64,000 bases of DNA from positions 1 to 64,000 of IMG/VR virus record IMGVR_UViG_3300029288_000113; one strand, written 5' to 3'. The notes below the pieces were generated by a model. The model was not told the DNA's origin and did not search any database. It saw only the letters and a list, made by a program, of their open reading frames with translations. This stretch comes from a virus. Lineage: Duplodnaviria > Caudoviricetes. The translations under genes and the position numbers were made by a program. Of the stretch, positions 25,683 through 35,350 are shown one piece after another. Numbering within the stretch: the stretch's first letter is position 1; each line of letters starts with the position of its first letter.

Positions 25683-26481
25683 CGGCAACAACATTGCAAT
25701 GCGGGAGGCCCATGCCAGGGCCGGCCTGTCCCACGACGGCATGCCCACCGGGGCCATAATGGGGTTCCTCCAGCAGGTCCGGAGACTCACCAGGGAGTAT
25801 CCCGGCGAGGTCTGCTTCTGCTGGGACTCGCACCCAGAGGCCAGCCTGAGGAAGCAGTTCTGGCCCGGGTACAAGGCCAACAGGGTGCGGTCGGTCCTGC
25901 AGGTGCCCAGGGCAGTGGTCGATGCCCGCATGCAGATCCACCTGCTCAGGACAGATATATTACCCCGCATCGGATACTCGAACCAATTCATCCAGGAGGG
26001 CTACGAGGCCGACGACCTGGTGGCCGCCCTGGCCAAGCTCGACATTGATATTGTCAGCCGAACTATCCCGATGCCACATGTGATCGTGTCATCCGACAAG
26101 GACCTCTGGCAGTGCATGGGCCCCAATGTGATGATGTCCATCCCGGGCCGTGGCGGCTACACCCACCGTGACTTTGAGAGAGAATACGGTCTGCCGGTGC
26201 GGCAATGGTGCCGGGCCAAGGCCATTGCCGGCGATCCGTCCGATGGCATTGACGGCATTGCCGGGGTGGGGATCAAGACCGCCATCAAGTATCTGAACGC
26301 CCTGGCCTCGGCCAAGATTGAGCACAAGATCGATTCACAGTGGGACCTGGTTGAACGTAATGCCAGGCTGGTCACCCTGCCCTGGCCTGGGTGCAATCCT
26401 GGGCCGGTCAGGCCCTCGGCATTTGACCCGGGGGCCTTCCGGGATGTCTGCAGGGAGTATGGCCTGAGGAGTCTGCTGTGA
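25669..26481 (+). CDS. 5'-3' exonuclease / T4 RNase H-like (FEN family)
   Basis: LIDGNN, YKANR, EADD, SSDKD, GDPSDGIDGIAGVGIKTA. Confidence 0.9.
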   Translation: MLLIDGNNIAMREAHARAGLSHDGMPTGAIMGFLQQVRRLTREYPGEVCFCWDSHPEASLRKQFWPGYKANRVRSVLQVPRAVVDARMQIHLLRTDILPRIGYSNQFIQEGYEADDLVAALAKLDIDIVSRTIPMPHVIVSSDKDLWQCMGPNVMMSIPGRGGYTHRDFEREYGLPVRQWCRAKAIAGDPSDGIDGIAGVGIKTAIKYLNALASAKIEHKIDSQWDLVERNARLVTLPWPGCNPGPVRPSAFDPGAFRDVCREYGLRSLL

Positions 26482-26777
26482 GACAGGATGTCATCGATGT
26501 GGTCATCGGGTTCTATAGGCTTGCCTATGGCCATGTGGAGATCAGGCAGTTGGTTGGGGCGCAATTGGATGGCCAGGGAAACCTGATTCCCATGGGGCCT
26601 CGATATTGGATCGGGCACCTCAGGACCCTGTTGCCGTTGTCCATTGGTGACTGGGTGCAGGTCGGTGACTTTCTTGCAGGCCTGACCGGTCAGGCGGTCA
26701 TATTCAAGACCAGTGGCCATGGGACATACTGGTTCAACGGGTCGGGCCCATTGGTCTATGGGGAGCATACGGCATGA
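26478..26777 (+). CDS. Hypothetical protein
   Basis: Overlapping start/stop chain. Confidence 0.5.
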   Translation: MRQDVIDVVIGFYRLAYGHVEIRQLVGAQLDGQGNLIPMGPRYWIGHLRTLLPLSIGDWVQVGDFLAGLTGQAVIFKTSGHGTYWFNGSGPLVYGEHTA

Positions 26778-27004
26778 ATATATTGTTGATCATCCTTGGG
26801 ATCGTTTGGTTTGTCTGGTTTGTCATTGGGGGGGCATTCTATTTTGAGATACTCAAGGACGAGAGGCTCGCCAGGCTGCCCAACATGACGGTATTGGTCA
26901 CGAGCCTTGCCTGCGGCCCGGTTGGTTGGCTGGTGGGCTTCGCCTGGTTCACCTGCCTGCTCATGGGGTGGCTGAGGGCCAGGTTCTATTCGGGGAAATC
27001 ATAA
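26774..27004 (+). CDS. Small membrane protein
   Basis: Two TM segments. Confidence 0.55.
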   Translation: MNILLIILGIVWFVWFVIGGAFYFEILKDERLARLPNMTVLVTSLACGPVGWLVGFAWFTCLLMGWLRARFYSGKS

Positions 27005-27008
27005 GCCT

Positions 27009-28514
27009 GTGGCCATCAATCCTGCCCCTGACATACTGTCCACTATCCGCGAGCTCTGTGATCGGTCATTCCGTTTCTTCTTCACCTCATTCTGGCCTAT
27101 CATCTGCCACGATCCCCTCAAGGACAACTGGCACATCGAGTACCTCTGCAATGAGCTGCAGGCCATGGCCGAGAGGGTGGCACGGAGGGAGGCCAACCCC
27201 TGGGACTTGATCATCAACGTGCCCCCGGGTACCAGCAAGACCACCATATGCTGCATCATGTTCCCCGTCTGGTGCTGGACCAGGTGGCCATGGATGCGCT
27301 TCCTGACCTTCTCCTACAACAAGGAAGTCAGCCTTGAGCCGGCCCATGGATCCAAGACGGTGCTGGAGTCCAGGCTGTTCAAGGCCGTGTACCCAGACAT
27401 CACCATCAGTGAGGACCGGTCGGGGGTTACCAATTTCCGGATATCATATGTTGAGAACGGGATCAGGAAACTGGGTGGCGGCCGTCTCAGCTCATCAGTG
27501 GGTGGCACGGGCACCGGGTTCCATGCGGACATCCTGATTGTCGATGATCCATTGAACCCCAAACAGGCTGCCGCCGATTCAGCCGACCTCAAGAATGCCA
27601 ATGATTTCGTTGAACAGACGCTGCCCACCCGAAAGACGATCAAGGAGGTGTCTCCCACCGTTCTGATCATGCAGCGCCTCCATGAGAATGATCCCAGTGG
27701 GTTCCTCCTGAGCAAGAAGCTGAGCATAAAGCACATCTGCCTGCCCGCCGATATATCAGACGAGGGCTATGCCAAGCTGGTCAGCCCACCGGAGCTGAAG
27801 GCCATGTACACCGATGGCCTGTTGGATCCCGCCCGGTTGGACAGAGCCACCATCGAGGACCTGGAGGAGCGGCTGGGCCAGTATGGGGCTGCCGCACAAT
27901 TGGGGCAGAACCCGAGTCCACCCAGTGGCGGCATGTTCAAGACCGACCGGTTCATCATTGTTGACCAGATGCCGCCCGAGGTCAGCATCGTCAGGACGAT
28001 CAGGTACTGGGACAAGGCCGGCACCGACCCCACCAAGGAGAAGGGCGGCAGCAAGGAACCAGCCTACACTGTGGGGACCAAGATGCTGCTGCTGGCCAGC
28101 GGCAAGTACCTGGTGACGGATGTCAAGCGGAAGCGGCTGGCCGCCGAGGACAGGGAGGACCTGATCCTGGCCACGGCCCAGGCCGACGGCCAGGATGTGG
28201 AGGTCTGGACGGAGCAGGAGCCCGGGTCTGGGGGCAAGGAATCGGCCGAGGCCACGGTGCGCAACCTGGCCGGCTTCAAGGTCCATGCGGAGAGGCCGGT
28301 GGGCAACAAGGTGGCCAGGGCGGACACATTCAGTGTCCAGGTGAACAGGTATAATGTCATGCTGCTCAGGGGTGACTGGAATGCCGAATGGCTAAGGGAG
28401 TATGGGTTCTTCCCCAACAGCAGGTTCAAGGACCAGGTGGATTCCGGCTCCGGGGCATTCAACAGGCTGGCCCAGAGGAAGCAGGTATGGGTGGGCAGGA
28501 GGAGGTCCGGGTGA
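27009..28514 (+). CDS. terL: Terminase large subunit
   Basis: INVPPGTSKT Walker A, LIVDDP Walker B, IMQRLHEND, RYWDKA, DQVD nuclease motif. Confidence 0.93.
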   Translation: MAINPAPDILSTIRELCDRSFRFFFTSFWPIICHDPLKDNWHIEYLCNELQAMAERVARREANPWDLIINVPPGTSKTTICCIMFPVWCWTRWPWMRFLTFSYNKEVSLEPAHGSKTVLESRLFKAVYPDITISEDRSGVTNFRISYVENGIRKLGGGRLSSSVGGTGTGFHADILIVDDPLNPKQAAADSADLKNANDFVEQTLPTRKTIKEVSPTVLIMQRLHENDPSGFLLSKKLSIKHICLPADISDEGYAKLVSPPELKAMYTDGLLDPARLDRATIEDLEERLGQYGAAAQLGQNPSPPSGGMFKTDRFIIVDQMPPEVSIVRTIRYWDKAGTDPTKEKGGSKEPAYTVGTKMLLLASGKYLVTDVKRKRLAAEDREDLILATAQADGQDVEVWTEQEPGSGGKESAEATVRNLAGFKVHAERPVGNKVARADTFSVQVNRYNVMLLRGDWNAEWLREYGFFPNSRFKDQVDSGSGAFNRLAQRKQVWVGRRRSG

Positions 28515-28523
28515 AATACATAT

Positions 28524-28558
28524 TAGGGTTCTGGTCCCTGAATATTTATAATTAATCC
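28524..28558 (+). promoter_or_regulatory. Class A promoter motif upstream of the portal
   Basis: TAGGGTTCTGGTCCCTGAATATTTATAATTAATCC. Confidence 0.75.
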
Positions 28559-28583
28559 TGAGACCCCGTAAGGAGGCCCAGGA

Positions 28584-31328
28584 TTGTCCAACAAGAATGA
28601 CATCCCAAGGATTACACCCAACAAGACCCCGGATGACCACCAGGCCCAGGTGTCAAGTTTCTTCCAATTACTGACCAATTCAGCCCTGCTGTCCAGGGCA
28701 CAGCTTGCCGCCTCCCTCGGTTATTCATATCAGGGTGACCGCGACATCTATCAGGCCCTGGGGTATGACACGGAGCCCACATGGACCCAGTATGTGGCCC
28801 AGTATGAGCGCCAGGGGTTCGCCCGGGCCATCATTGACCGCCCCGTGGCCGCCACCTGGGGGCGGGGGTTCCAGATTGTTGAGGCCGGTGACGATGAGGA
28901 CACCGAGCTTGAGAAGGCCTGGCGTGACCTGGAGAGGCGCCTGGGACTGACGTCCATGTTCGCCCGCCTGGACCGCCTGACCGGCCTGGGCACGTACGGT
29001 GTCCTGCTGCTGGGCCTGTCGGACGTGACCCAGGCCGATGACTTCCGGCGCCCCGTGCGTGGCACCGGCCTCAGGCTCAACTATGTCAGGCCGTTTTCCG
29101 GCACTGCCACCGAGGGCGATGCCCAGGTCCAGTCATGGGTCACGGACACCACCAATGAGCGATACGGACGCCCAGAGCACTACCGGATCACCCTGAGGAA
29201 CCTGGCCACCGGCGATTCCCGGGACCTGTACGTGCACCACACCAGGATCATACATGTGGCGGATGGCCTGGGCAGCTCGGAGATTGAGGGCACGCCCAGG
29301 CTCCAGGCCGTCTGGAACAACCTGAAGAACCTTGAGAAGATCATGGGCGGTTCGGCTGAGATGTACTGGCGGGGGGCCCGCCCCGGGTACCAGTTCAACA
29401 TCGACAAGGATTTCCAGATGACCCCATCCATGCGGGATACGCTGCAGGATGTGTTCGACGAGTATGAGCACAACCTGAGGCGCATCCTTGAGCTCCAGGG
29501 CGGCAAGCTGGAGCCCCTGGCCACGCAGGTTGAGGACCCGACCAAGGCCGTCGAGGTCCAGATCCAGGAGATGTGCGCCGTGTCGGGCATCCCCAAGCGG
29601 GTCCTCACTGGCTCGGAGCGCGGTGAGCTGGCATCCACGCAGGACCGGGAGAACCAGGCCGACTACGTGGAGGACCGGCAGCTGAATTTTGCCGAGGCCA
29701 GGGTCATCAGGCCCTCGATGGAGAGGCTCATGGAGCTGGGCATACTGCCCGAGGAATCCACCGAGGAGGGCTTCAATGTCCAGTGGCCAAACCTCAGGGA
29801 GCCGTCGGACCAGGACAAGGCCAAGCTCTGGGAGACCCGGGCCAATGCCATAGCCAAGTACGCATCCAGTGCCGGGTCCGAGGCCGTCATCCCGATCCAA
29901 TCGTTCCTGCGCATGGGCGGGTTTGACCAGGATGAGATCACACTGATCGAGGAGGAGAAGGAGGCCCAGGCCAAGGAGGAAGCTGAGGCCCCTGAACTGC
30001 AGGAGGAGCCGCCACAGCAGCCCACAGCACCGGGTCAGGCAGGCTCCCAGGCCCAGCCCCAAGGAGGAGAGGTAGCCACAAACCCTAATCAGCCTGCTGC
30101 CCATTCCAATCCCTGTCATAATCCTGCAGGGGCCGGGGGTGGGCAGTTTTGTGGCAGTGGATCATCCTCGGGGTCACCCGGTCCTGGCCGCAACTTATCC
30201 GATGCACAGGTGAGACAGAGGGTGCTTGACGATAGGCTTGTGAATGAGTTCAAGAACCCGTTCGCGGGTGAGCCGGTGGTACTGAACACTAATGGCATGA
30301 CCGTCCAGGATAGGATTGCCTATGTCAAGGAGCTGGGATTGGGCAGGCCAGAATTTTCATTTAATGAGCCTCCAACCAGGTTCTCTGGCCAGATTCCAAA
30401 GGGGCTGGATGCGGCCGGCCTGAGGACCTGGCTCAGTGAGAACGGCAAGGTCGGCCCTGCAGACCAGAACAGGTACCACCCCTTGGCCACCAGGTCCATT
30501 CCATTGGCCGAGGTGGTCAAGGGCATGTCGTCGGCCGAAAAGGATGAGTTTGTTGCAACCTATCCCAAGGCAGTCAGGGAGATAACTGATGGCGGTGGCC
30601 GGGTGGCTGGGATCAACATGTTCCATGAGCATGGGGTGTTCAATGTGTCCCAGGCAGAGAGGATGGCGGACGGCTTCGACGCCCATGCCCCAGGTGGTAG
30701 GCTTGGTGTCATAAACTATTTGGATAAGTACTCGGCTGTAGCGGCAGACTTTGCACAGTTTTCGGCCAACCGGGAGTTCGCCCTGTCCGAACTGGTGGGG
30801 GGTTGGGCCACCACTGGCTCAGGGCAGTTTGGCCAGCAGATCGTGCACCAGGCATCCAAGGGCTTTTCTGAGAATCAGGGAATCTCCTTTTATGATGGCT
30901 TTGCCTCCCGTCCTGGAGGTTGGCCAAAACTTGCGGAAGGCTCATATTCACATGACCGTATGGCAGTCCACGTGAATGCATTGCGTCAGGAGACCGAGTC
31001 ATTCTACAGGGCCAAGCTGGGCAGGAGATATGACACCGCATCGGTCACTCTGTACCGTGGGATTGCCGGCCATGTCGAGGCCTACACCCCATCTCCAGCC
31101 GAGTCGTGGTCCACGGCCAAGTCAACCGGCGAGAGGTTTGGCAAACAGATGTCTGGCAATGGGGCATACTCCGTGATCGCCACCAAGGTCCCCATGTCCA
31201 AGATATTGTGGACATACGAATCGGTTGCCGGCAAGTATCGCTGGCCCCCAGAGAAGGACCTCAGGGGCAAGAAGGAGCATGTTGTCATCGGTGGTGCCAT
31301 TAACTCCGTGCAGGTTGAGAGGAAATGA
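28584..31328 (+). CDS. Portal protein (DUF1073-like) fused to a C-terminal cargo with an ADP-ribosyltransferase-like domain
   Basis: Position after terL; VHHTRIIH, SGIPKRVLTGSERGELASTQD; then HSNPCH tag and TLYRG..ESWST..KEHVV. Confidence 0.8.
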   Translation: MSNKNDIPRITPNKTPDDHQAQVSSFFQLLTNSALLSRAQLAASLGYSYQGDRDIYQALGYDTEPTWTQYVAQYERQGFARAIIDRPVAATWGRGFQIVEAGDDEDTELEKAWRDLERRLGLTSMFARLDRLTGLGTYGVLLLGLSDVTQADDFRRPVRGTGLRLNYVRPFSGTATEGDAQVQSWVTDTTNERYGRPEHYRITLRNLATGDSRDLYVHHTRIIHVADGLGSSEIEGTPRLQAVWNNLKNLEKIMGGSAEMYWRGARPGYQFNIDKDFQMTPSMRDTLQDVFDEYEHNLRRILELQGGKLEPLATQVEDPTKAVEVQIQEMCAVSGIPKRVLTGSERGELASTQDRENQADYVEDRQLNFAEARVIRPSMERLMELGILPEESTEEGFNVQWPNLREPSDQDKAKLWETRANAIAKYASSAGSEAVIPIQSFLRMGGFDQDEITLIEEEKEAQAKEEAEAPELQEEPPQQPTAPGQAGSQAQPQGGEVATNPNQPAAHSNPCHNPAGAGGGQFCGSGSSSGSPGPGRNLSDAQVRQRVLDDRLVNEFKNPFAGEPVVLNTNGMTVQDRIAYVKELGLGRPEFSFNEPPTRFSGQIPKGLDAAGLRTWLSENGKVGPADQNRYHPLATRSIPLAEVVKGMSSAEKDEFVATYPKAVREITDGGGRVAGINMFHEHGVFNVSQAERMADGFDAHAPGGRLGVINYLDKYSAVAADFAQFSANREFALSELVGGWATTGSGQFGQQIVHQASKGFSENQGISFYDGFASRPGGWPKLAEGSYSHDRMAVHVNALRQETESFYRAKLGRRYDTASVTLYRGIAGHVEAYTPSPAESWSTAKSTGERFGKQMSGNGAYSVIATKVPMSKILWTYESVAGKYRWPPEKDLRGKKEHVVIGGAINSVQVERK

Positions 31329-31492
31329 TGATGGATGAGATCAAGGTGATCAAGCCAAGGACTGAGGCTGACTTGCGCAGGTTGGAGACACTTGACAAGC
31401 AGGGCAAACTGGCATCCGGGTCATCGTATCCATTGGGGCCCACCCAGGAACCCGGTCCCCAGAACCAGCCCACCGTCCCACCCCAGGAATGA
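31325..31492 (+). CDS. Small protein (55 aa), candidate immunity for the portal cargo
   Basis: MMMDEIKVIKPRTEADLRRLE...; ATGA overlaps at both ends. Confidence 0.45.
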   Translation: MMMDEIKVIKPRTEADLRRLETLDKQGKLASGSSYPLGPTQEPGPQNQPTVPPQE

Positions 31493-34377
31493 TGAAAGCT
31501 ACCTCCTACAAGCAGATACAGTGCAAGTACAGAAGTCTAGCCATGGTTGGCAAGGGGCCCCTGGTGCACTCCAACCCATGCCATGACGAACGGGGGCGGT
31601 TCTGTTCGGGGGGTGGGGGAGGCAGCACTAGAATAGATTATTTTACAGTGGAAAGTGCCAGGAACTACCTGGATGATCCACAGGTTCATATTGCAAGCCA
31701 GTTTAATAGTTATTCGAGTAAGTGGGCAAAAGATGTTGATGGACCTGCCAAGGAATTTGCCTATCGGTTGGCAATGGAAAATCAGTTTCTGCATTCTGCC
31801 CTGCTAGTTGAACATTTTAACTCAACTACCATTCCCAACAAGATGACCTTATGGCGCGTGGGCCCACCCAATACTGAACAGGGTGTGGCTGCCTCATTTT
31901 GGGGAAACAGACAGGCCGCAGAATCATACCAAAAGAGGTTTGGTATTGAGTCCATACATAAATATGAGGTGGAGACGAGGCATGTAGTACCCAGCAGGAC
32001 CGGAGCAGGAGAATTGTGGGCCAATCATTATGAAGCCCGGGAGATTTCAGTTCATTCTTTGTCTATCCACTCTATGTCCACCACCAAACCCAAAAAGACC
32101 ATTCGGGGTTTTAAGACCTTGGCCCAGCCTAGGCTTGCCAAGAGACCAAGGCTCCTGGCACAGGGCCTGACCGCCCACCAGGTGGCCTCCCGGATTGATC
32201 CCACACGGACCCTGGGCATCCGCAACCGCTGGGCCGCCGACATGGGCAGGCGTTTTTTTGCCCTGCGCCGGCTGGTGTGGAAGGCCATAGTGGATGAGGA
32301 CTGCTTCGGCCTGGGTGAGGCGTATGTCTGGTACAGGCCTGTGGTCCACTCCAACCCCTGCCATGACGAACAGGGGAGGTTCTGCTCTGGTGGAACATCA
32401 TTTTACCGCTGGTCAAACCTCAGTGAGTTTGGTGAGGCAATCAGGGGCCGCCGGGCCTCGACCATGGACATTACCGATAGGTCTGATTTTTACTTCAGCC
32501 CATTCAATAGTAGAAATAAGGTCGGGACCGGCAAACCATCTGAGACCTATGTCCGGGTTGTACTTGACAGGAACAAGTTGGTCAATTCCGGATGGCAGCA
32601 GGATCCAAGGCTTGCTGGCGAGGGGACATGGAGGCCAAAAGGTAAGTCAGATAATGAGGTTGCCAGGGATTACATCAGGGCAGTGAAATCCATAGAAGTC
32701 CATGATGTTGCTCGGGGCTGGAATTTTGAAGATGCAAGGGCCTGGATAAAATTCAGGTTCCCCCGTCCAGTTGAGATCATTGATAAGACTGGGCCTGCTG
32801 CTCATGAGCTCTCCACCCCAACCCGGGCCCAGTTTGATTTCCCCACCAGTGCCGAGAAGGTGGGGGCCTTCATGGACTGGCTGAGCAAGCAGCAGGATGA
32901 AGGCATCCTGGAGGTCTTGACCATGCCCCGGGTCGGGGCCTCACTGGGTGACCCCTGGACCAACATGTATGTCAAGGACACATATGGGCGGGGGGTTGCC
33001 CGGGCCAGGTATGACCTGACCGGCTCCGGATACCCGGTCCCGACCCTGGAGGCCAGCGGCGGCCTGGTGGCCTCCATGTCCACCCCGTTCCATATGGACC
33101 GCCTGGGGGTCCTCTACACCCGTGCGTTCGACGGACTCAAGGGCATCACATCGGCCATGGACATGCAGATCAGCCACGTCCTGGCACAAGGCCTGGCTGA
33201 TGGGGACAACCCCATCAGGCTGGCCAGGAAGATGAGCCATGTCATCTCGGGCATGGGCGATGACCTGGGGGTCAAGGACACACTGGGCCGGTTCATCCCA
33301 GCCGAGCGCCGGGCCCGGATGCTGGCCCGGACTGAGGTGATCAGGGCCCATGCACAGGCCCAGCTCCAGGAGTTCAAGAACTGGGGCGTGGCTGGCGTCA
33401 ATGTCATGGCCGAATGGGTGACGGCCGGGTTCAATGTCTGTCCCCTGTGCCTGGACCTGGCTTCCAAGGGGCCATACACCATCGAGCAGGCAATGGGCAT
33501 GATCCCGGCCCACCCTCATTGCAGATGTGCGTGGCGGCCCGAGCCCGTGGAAAATAAAGAAGTTAAATTACAGTTAGAGCCAATAGAAATTCCAGAGCCT
33601 ATTCCTGAATGGGTGCCAATATCGACTAAAGCTAAGGACATGGCTGTTGAGGCGCAAGATTACTTGATTTCTAAAGGTATGCCTTATGCTTCATTTAGGG
33701 ATATTTCAGTAGATCATATTCCAGCGATAGTTAACACTGTTGAAAAGCTTGCATCTGAATATGGTGTTGGCTTAGACAGGTTTTCTATTGGTACACAGGC
33801 AATGAGTAATCAAAGTCAGTGGGCTGCAGTTAGAAACTTTCATATGAAGATTAGTGAGGAAAAGTATCTTAAGTTAAAAGCTACTGGTGTGCCAGGATTA
33901 GATAAGGGAGTGTCCAAGGGGCAGACTACTTACTGGTGGTCACCGGAAGGCGTTTCGTCCATGAGCTTGTCGATTAGTAAGGGGGCAAGCAAGTATGGTT
34001 TTGCCTGGCCAGAACAGAAGTTTTATGAAAAGTACATACAGGGGAATATGTATTTCACCGTCAATATTCCAAACGAGAATCCTGCCGCTCATATAGTTGA
34101 GCATGAGTTTGGCCATATCCTCAGGCGGGTATACAGTAAAGGTTTGCTATCTGAATGGGGGCAAGTTTATCAGAGCTTACCTCGGACTTGGTGGATGAGT
34201 AATGTTTCTGAATATGCGGGAGCTAACCTTGAGGAAGGGTTTGCTGAGGCGTTTAGATTATGGAAGAATCAAGGGAAGGCTGCAGTAAAGTCTGGTAGTA
34301 AATGGAACATACAAGAATTTCCCGGCGAACTAAGAAATTTCTTTGAGAAATTTGATGCTGCTGTCAATAAGAGGTAA
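31489..34377 (+). CDS. MuF/gp7 minor head protein polyprotein with two tagged inserts and a C-terminal zincin metalloprotease
   Basis: DPTRT, RARMLARTEVIRAH, VCPLC, IPAHPHCRC; C-terminal HEFGH..VSEYA..EGFAEAF. Confidence 0.85.
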   Translation: MMKATSYKQIQCKYRSLAMVGKGPLVHSNPCHDERGRFCSGGGGGSTRIDYFTVESARNYLDDPQVHIASQFNSYSSKWAKDVDGPAKEFAYRLAMENQFLHSALLVEHFNSTTIPNKMTLWRVGPPNTEQGVAASFWGNRQAAESYQKRFGIESIHKYEVETRHVVPSRTGAGELWANHYEAREISVHSLSIHSMSTTKPKKTIRGFKTLAQPRLAKRPRLLAQGLTAHQVASRIDPTRTLGIRNRWAADMGRRFFALRRLVWKAIVDEDCFGLGEAYVWYRPVVHSNPCHDEQGRFCSGGTSFYRWSNLSEFGEAIRGRRASTMDITDRSDFYFSPFNSRNKVGTGKPSETYVRVVLDRNKLVNSGWQQDPRLAGEGTWRPKGKSDNEVARDYIRAVKSIEVHDVARGWNFEDARAWIKFRFPRPVEIIDKTGPAAHELSTPTRAQFDFPTSAEKVGAFMDWLSKQQDEGILEVLTMPRVGASLGDPWTNMYVKDTYGRGVARARYDLTGSGYPVPTLEASGGLVASMSTPFHMDRLGVLYTRAFDGLKGITSAMDMQISHVLAQGLADGDNPIRLARKMSHVISGMGDDLGVKDTLGRFIPAERRARMLARTEVIRAHAQAQLQEFKNWGVAGVNVMAEWVTAGFNVCPLCLDLASKGPYTIEQAMGMIPAHPHCRCAWRPEPVENKEVKLQLEPIEIPEPIPEWVPISTKAKDMAVEAQDYLISKGMPYASFRDISVDHIPAIVNTVEKLASEYGVGLDRFSIGTQAMSNQSQWAAVRNFHMKISEEKYLKLKATGVPGLDKGVSKGQTTYWWSPEGVSSMSLSISKGASKYGFAWPEQKFYEKYIQGNMYFTVNIPNENPAAHIVEHEFGHILRRVYSKGLLSEWGQVYQSLPRTWWMSNVSEYAGANLEEGFAEAFRLWKNQGKAAVKSGSKWNIQEFPGELRNFFEKFDAAVNKR

Positions 34378-34379
34378 TT

Positions 34380-34583
34380 ATGTTACAAGTACCATTCTGT
34401 TATACCCGCCAATGTCGCCACTACCAAGGCGTCAAGTGGCTTGGAGAAGATGAGTCAACTGAAGACAACTATTGTGCGGCTTTCCCAGATGGAATTCCCC
34501 AGGAAATCGCCTACGGTTCTAATAAGCATAATCAGCCTTGTTGTGGTCAGGATAATGACTTAGTTTTTGAGGTTAAGCAATGA
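34380..34583 (+). CDS. Small Cys-rich protein (CxAFPxGIP), candidate immunity for the MuF metalloprotease
   Basis: C..CRH..CAAFPDGIP..H; same low GC as the MuF C-terminus. Confidence 0.65.
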   Translation: MLQVPFCYTRQCRHYQGVKWLGEDESTEDNYCAAFPDGIPQEIAYGSNKHNQPCCGQDNDLVFEVKQ

Positions 34584-34765
34584 CCACTTCCGGGCTCACC
34601 GAACAGGAGGTCCTGCTTTTGGCCCATCACCGTGATATGGTGGGCAAAAATGCCTATGGTGAACTCCAGGCCCGTTACAAGGCCGGTCGCCTGGTGGAGG
34701 TCAGTTACCGGGAGGTCATTCTGGTGCCCAATGATGGCAATAACGGGAGGTTCTCGGACAGATGA
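34580..34765 (+). CDS. Small hypothetical protein (DUF2292-like)
   Basis: YGELQARYKAGRLVEV; ATGA overlaps. Confidence 0.5.
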   Translation: MTTSGLTEQEVLLLAHHRDMVGKNAYGELQARYKAGRLVEVSYREVILVPNDGNNGRFSDR

Positions 34766-34935
34766 AACAGGTCAGGTTCCACGTTTTGGACAGAACCGGG
34801 TTCGCCGCTAATTCCAATCCCTGCCACAACCCTGCCGGCCCAGGCGGGGGCCAGTTTTGTGGCGTGGCCAGTCCACATTGGCCAGGGACCGCCAAGAACC
34901 CAAGGCCAGGTTTTTTAAGATATCCGATCAATTGA
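34762..34935 (+). CDS. Stand-alone NPCH-tag peptide (57 aa), possibly a truncated cargo gene
   Basis: MKQVRFHVLDRTGFAANSNPCHNPAGPGGGQFCGVASP...; GGAGG RBS; not in the track. Confidence 0.6.
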   Translation: MKQVRFHVLDRTGFAANSNPCHNPAGPGGGQFCGVASPHWPGTAKNPRPGFLRYPIN

Positions 34936-34945
34936 GAGGAAAGAG

Positions 34946-35284
34946 ATGAAAATCCTGATCAAGGCAAGGTATTGGTTGTTGGTCATCTGGCTGTCCACCA
35001 AATGGATGTTCAGGATCAACCTGGGGGACAAGGTCTGGTGGTCTGGTTGGAAACTGATGCGGTTCACGGTCCTGAATGGGGTCAGGCCAGGCTCGTGGCG
35101 ACTGGCTGAGCTGATGGACGACAACGATGGCTGGGTGTCCCGCAATGAGTGCCGCAAGTCCTGGACCCTGCCCAATATGCTCAGGTCGTTTCGATCCGGC
35201 TACAGGTTCTACATGATCAATTGGTATGACATTTGGGTCAACGAGGGCATAACGGCCTGGATGAGGCGATGCCGCATCTGGTAG
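34946..35284 (+). CDS. Hypothetical Trp-rich protein
   Basis: ORF with GAGG RBS. Confidence 0.55.
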   Translation: MKILIKARYWLLVIWLSTKWMFRINLGDKVWWSGWKLMRFTVLNGVRPGSWRLAELMDDNDGWVSRNECRKSWTLPNMLRSFRSGYRFYMINWYDIWVNEGITAWMRRCRIW

Positions 35285-35295
35285 ACATTTTTCAT

Positions 35296-35330
35296 TAGGG
35301 TTTTGGCCCCTGAATATTTATAATTAATCC
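35296..35330 (+). promoter_or_regulatory. Class A promoter motif upstream of the head operon
   Basis: TAGGGTTTTGGCCCCTGAATATTTATAATTAATCC. Confidence 0.75.
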
Positions 35331-35350
35331 TGACTGAAGTTTAGTGGCAT

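Noticed and set aside
30102-32800. Inteins as an explanation for the portal/MuF inserts
   Set aside because: No N-terminal Cys/Ser block A, no His-Asn followed by Cys/Ser/Thr at the insert ends, no LAGLIDADG motifs.
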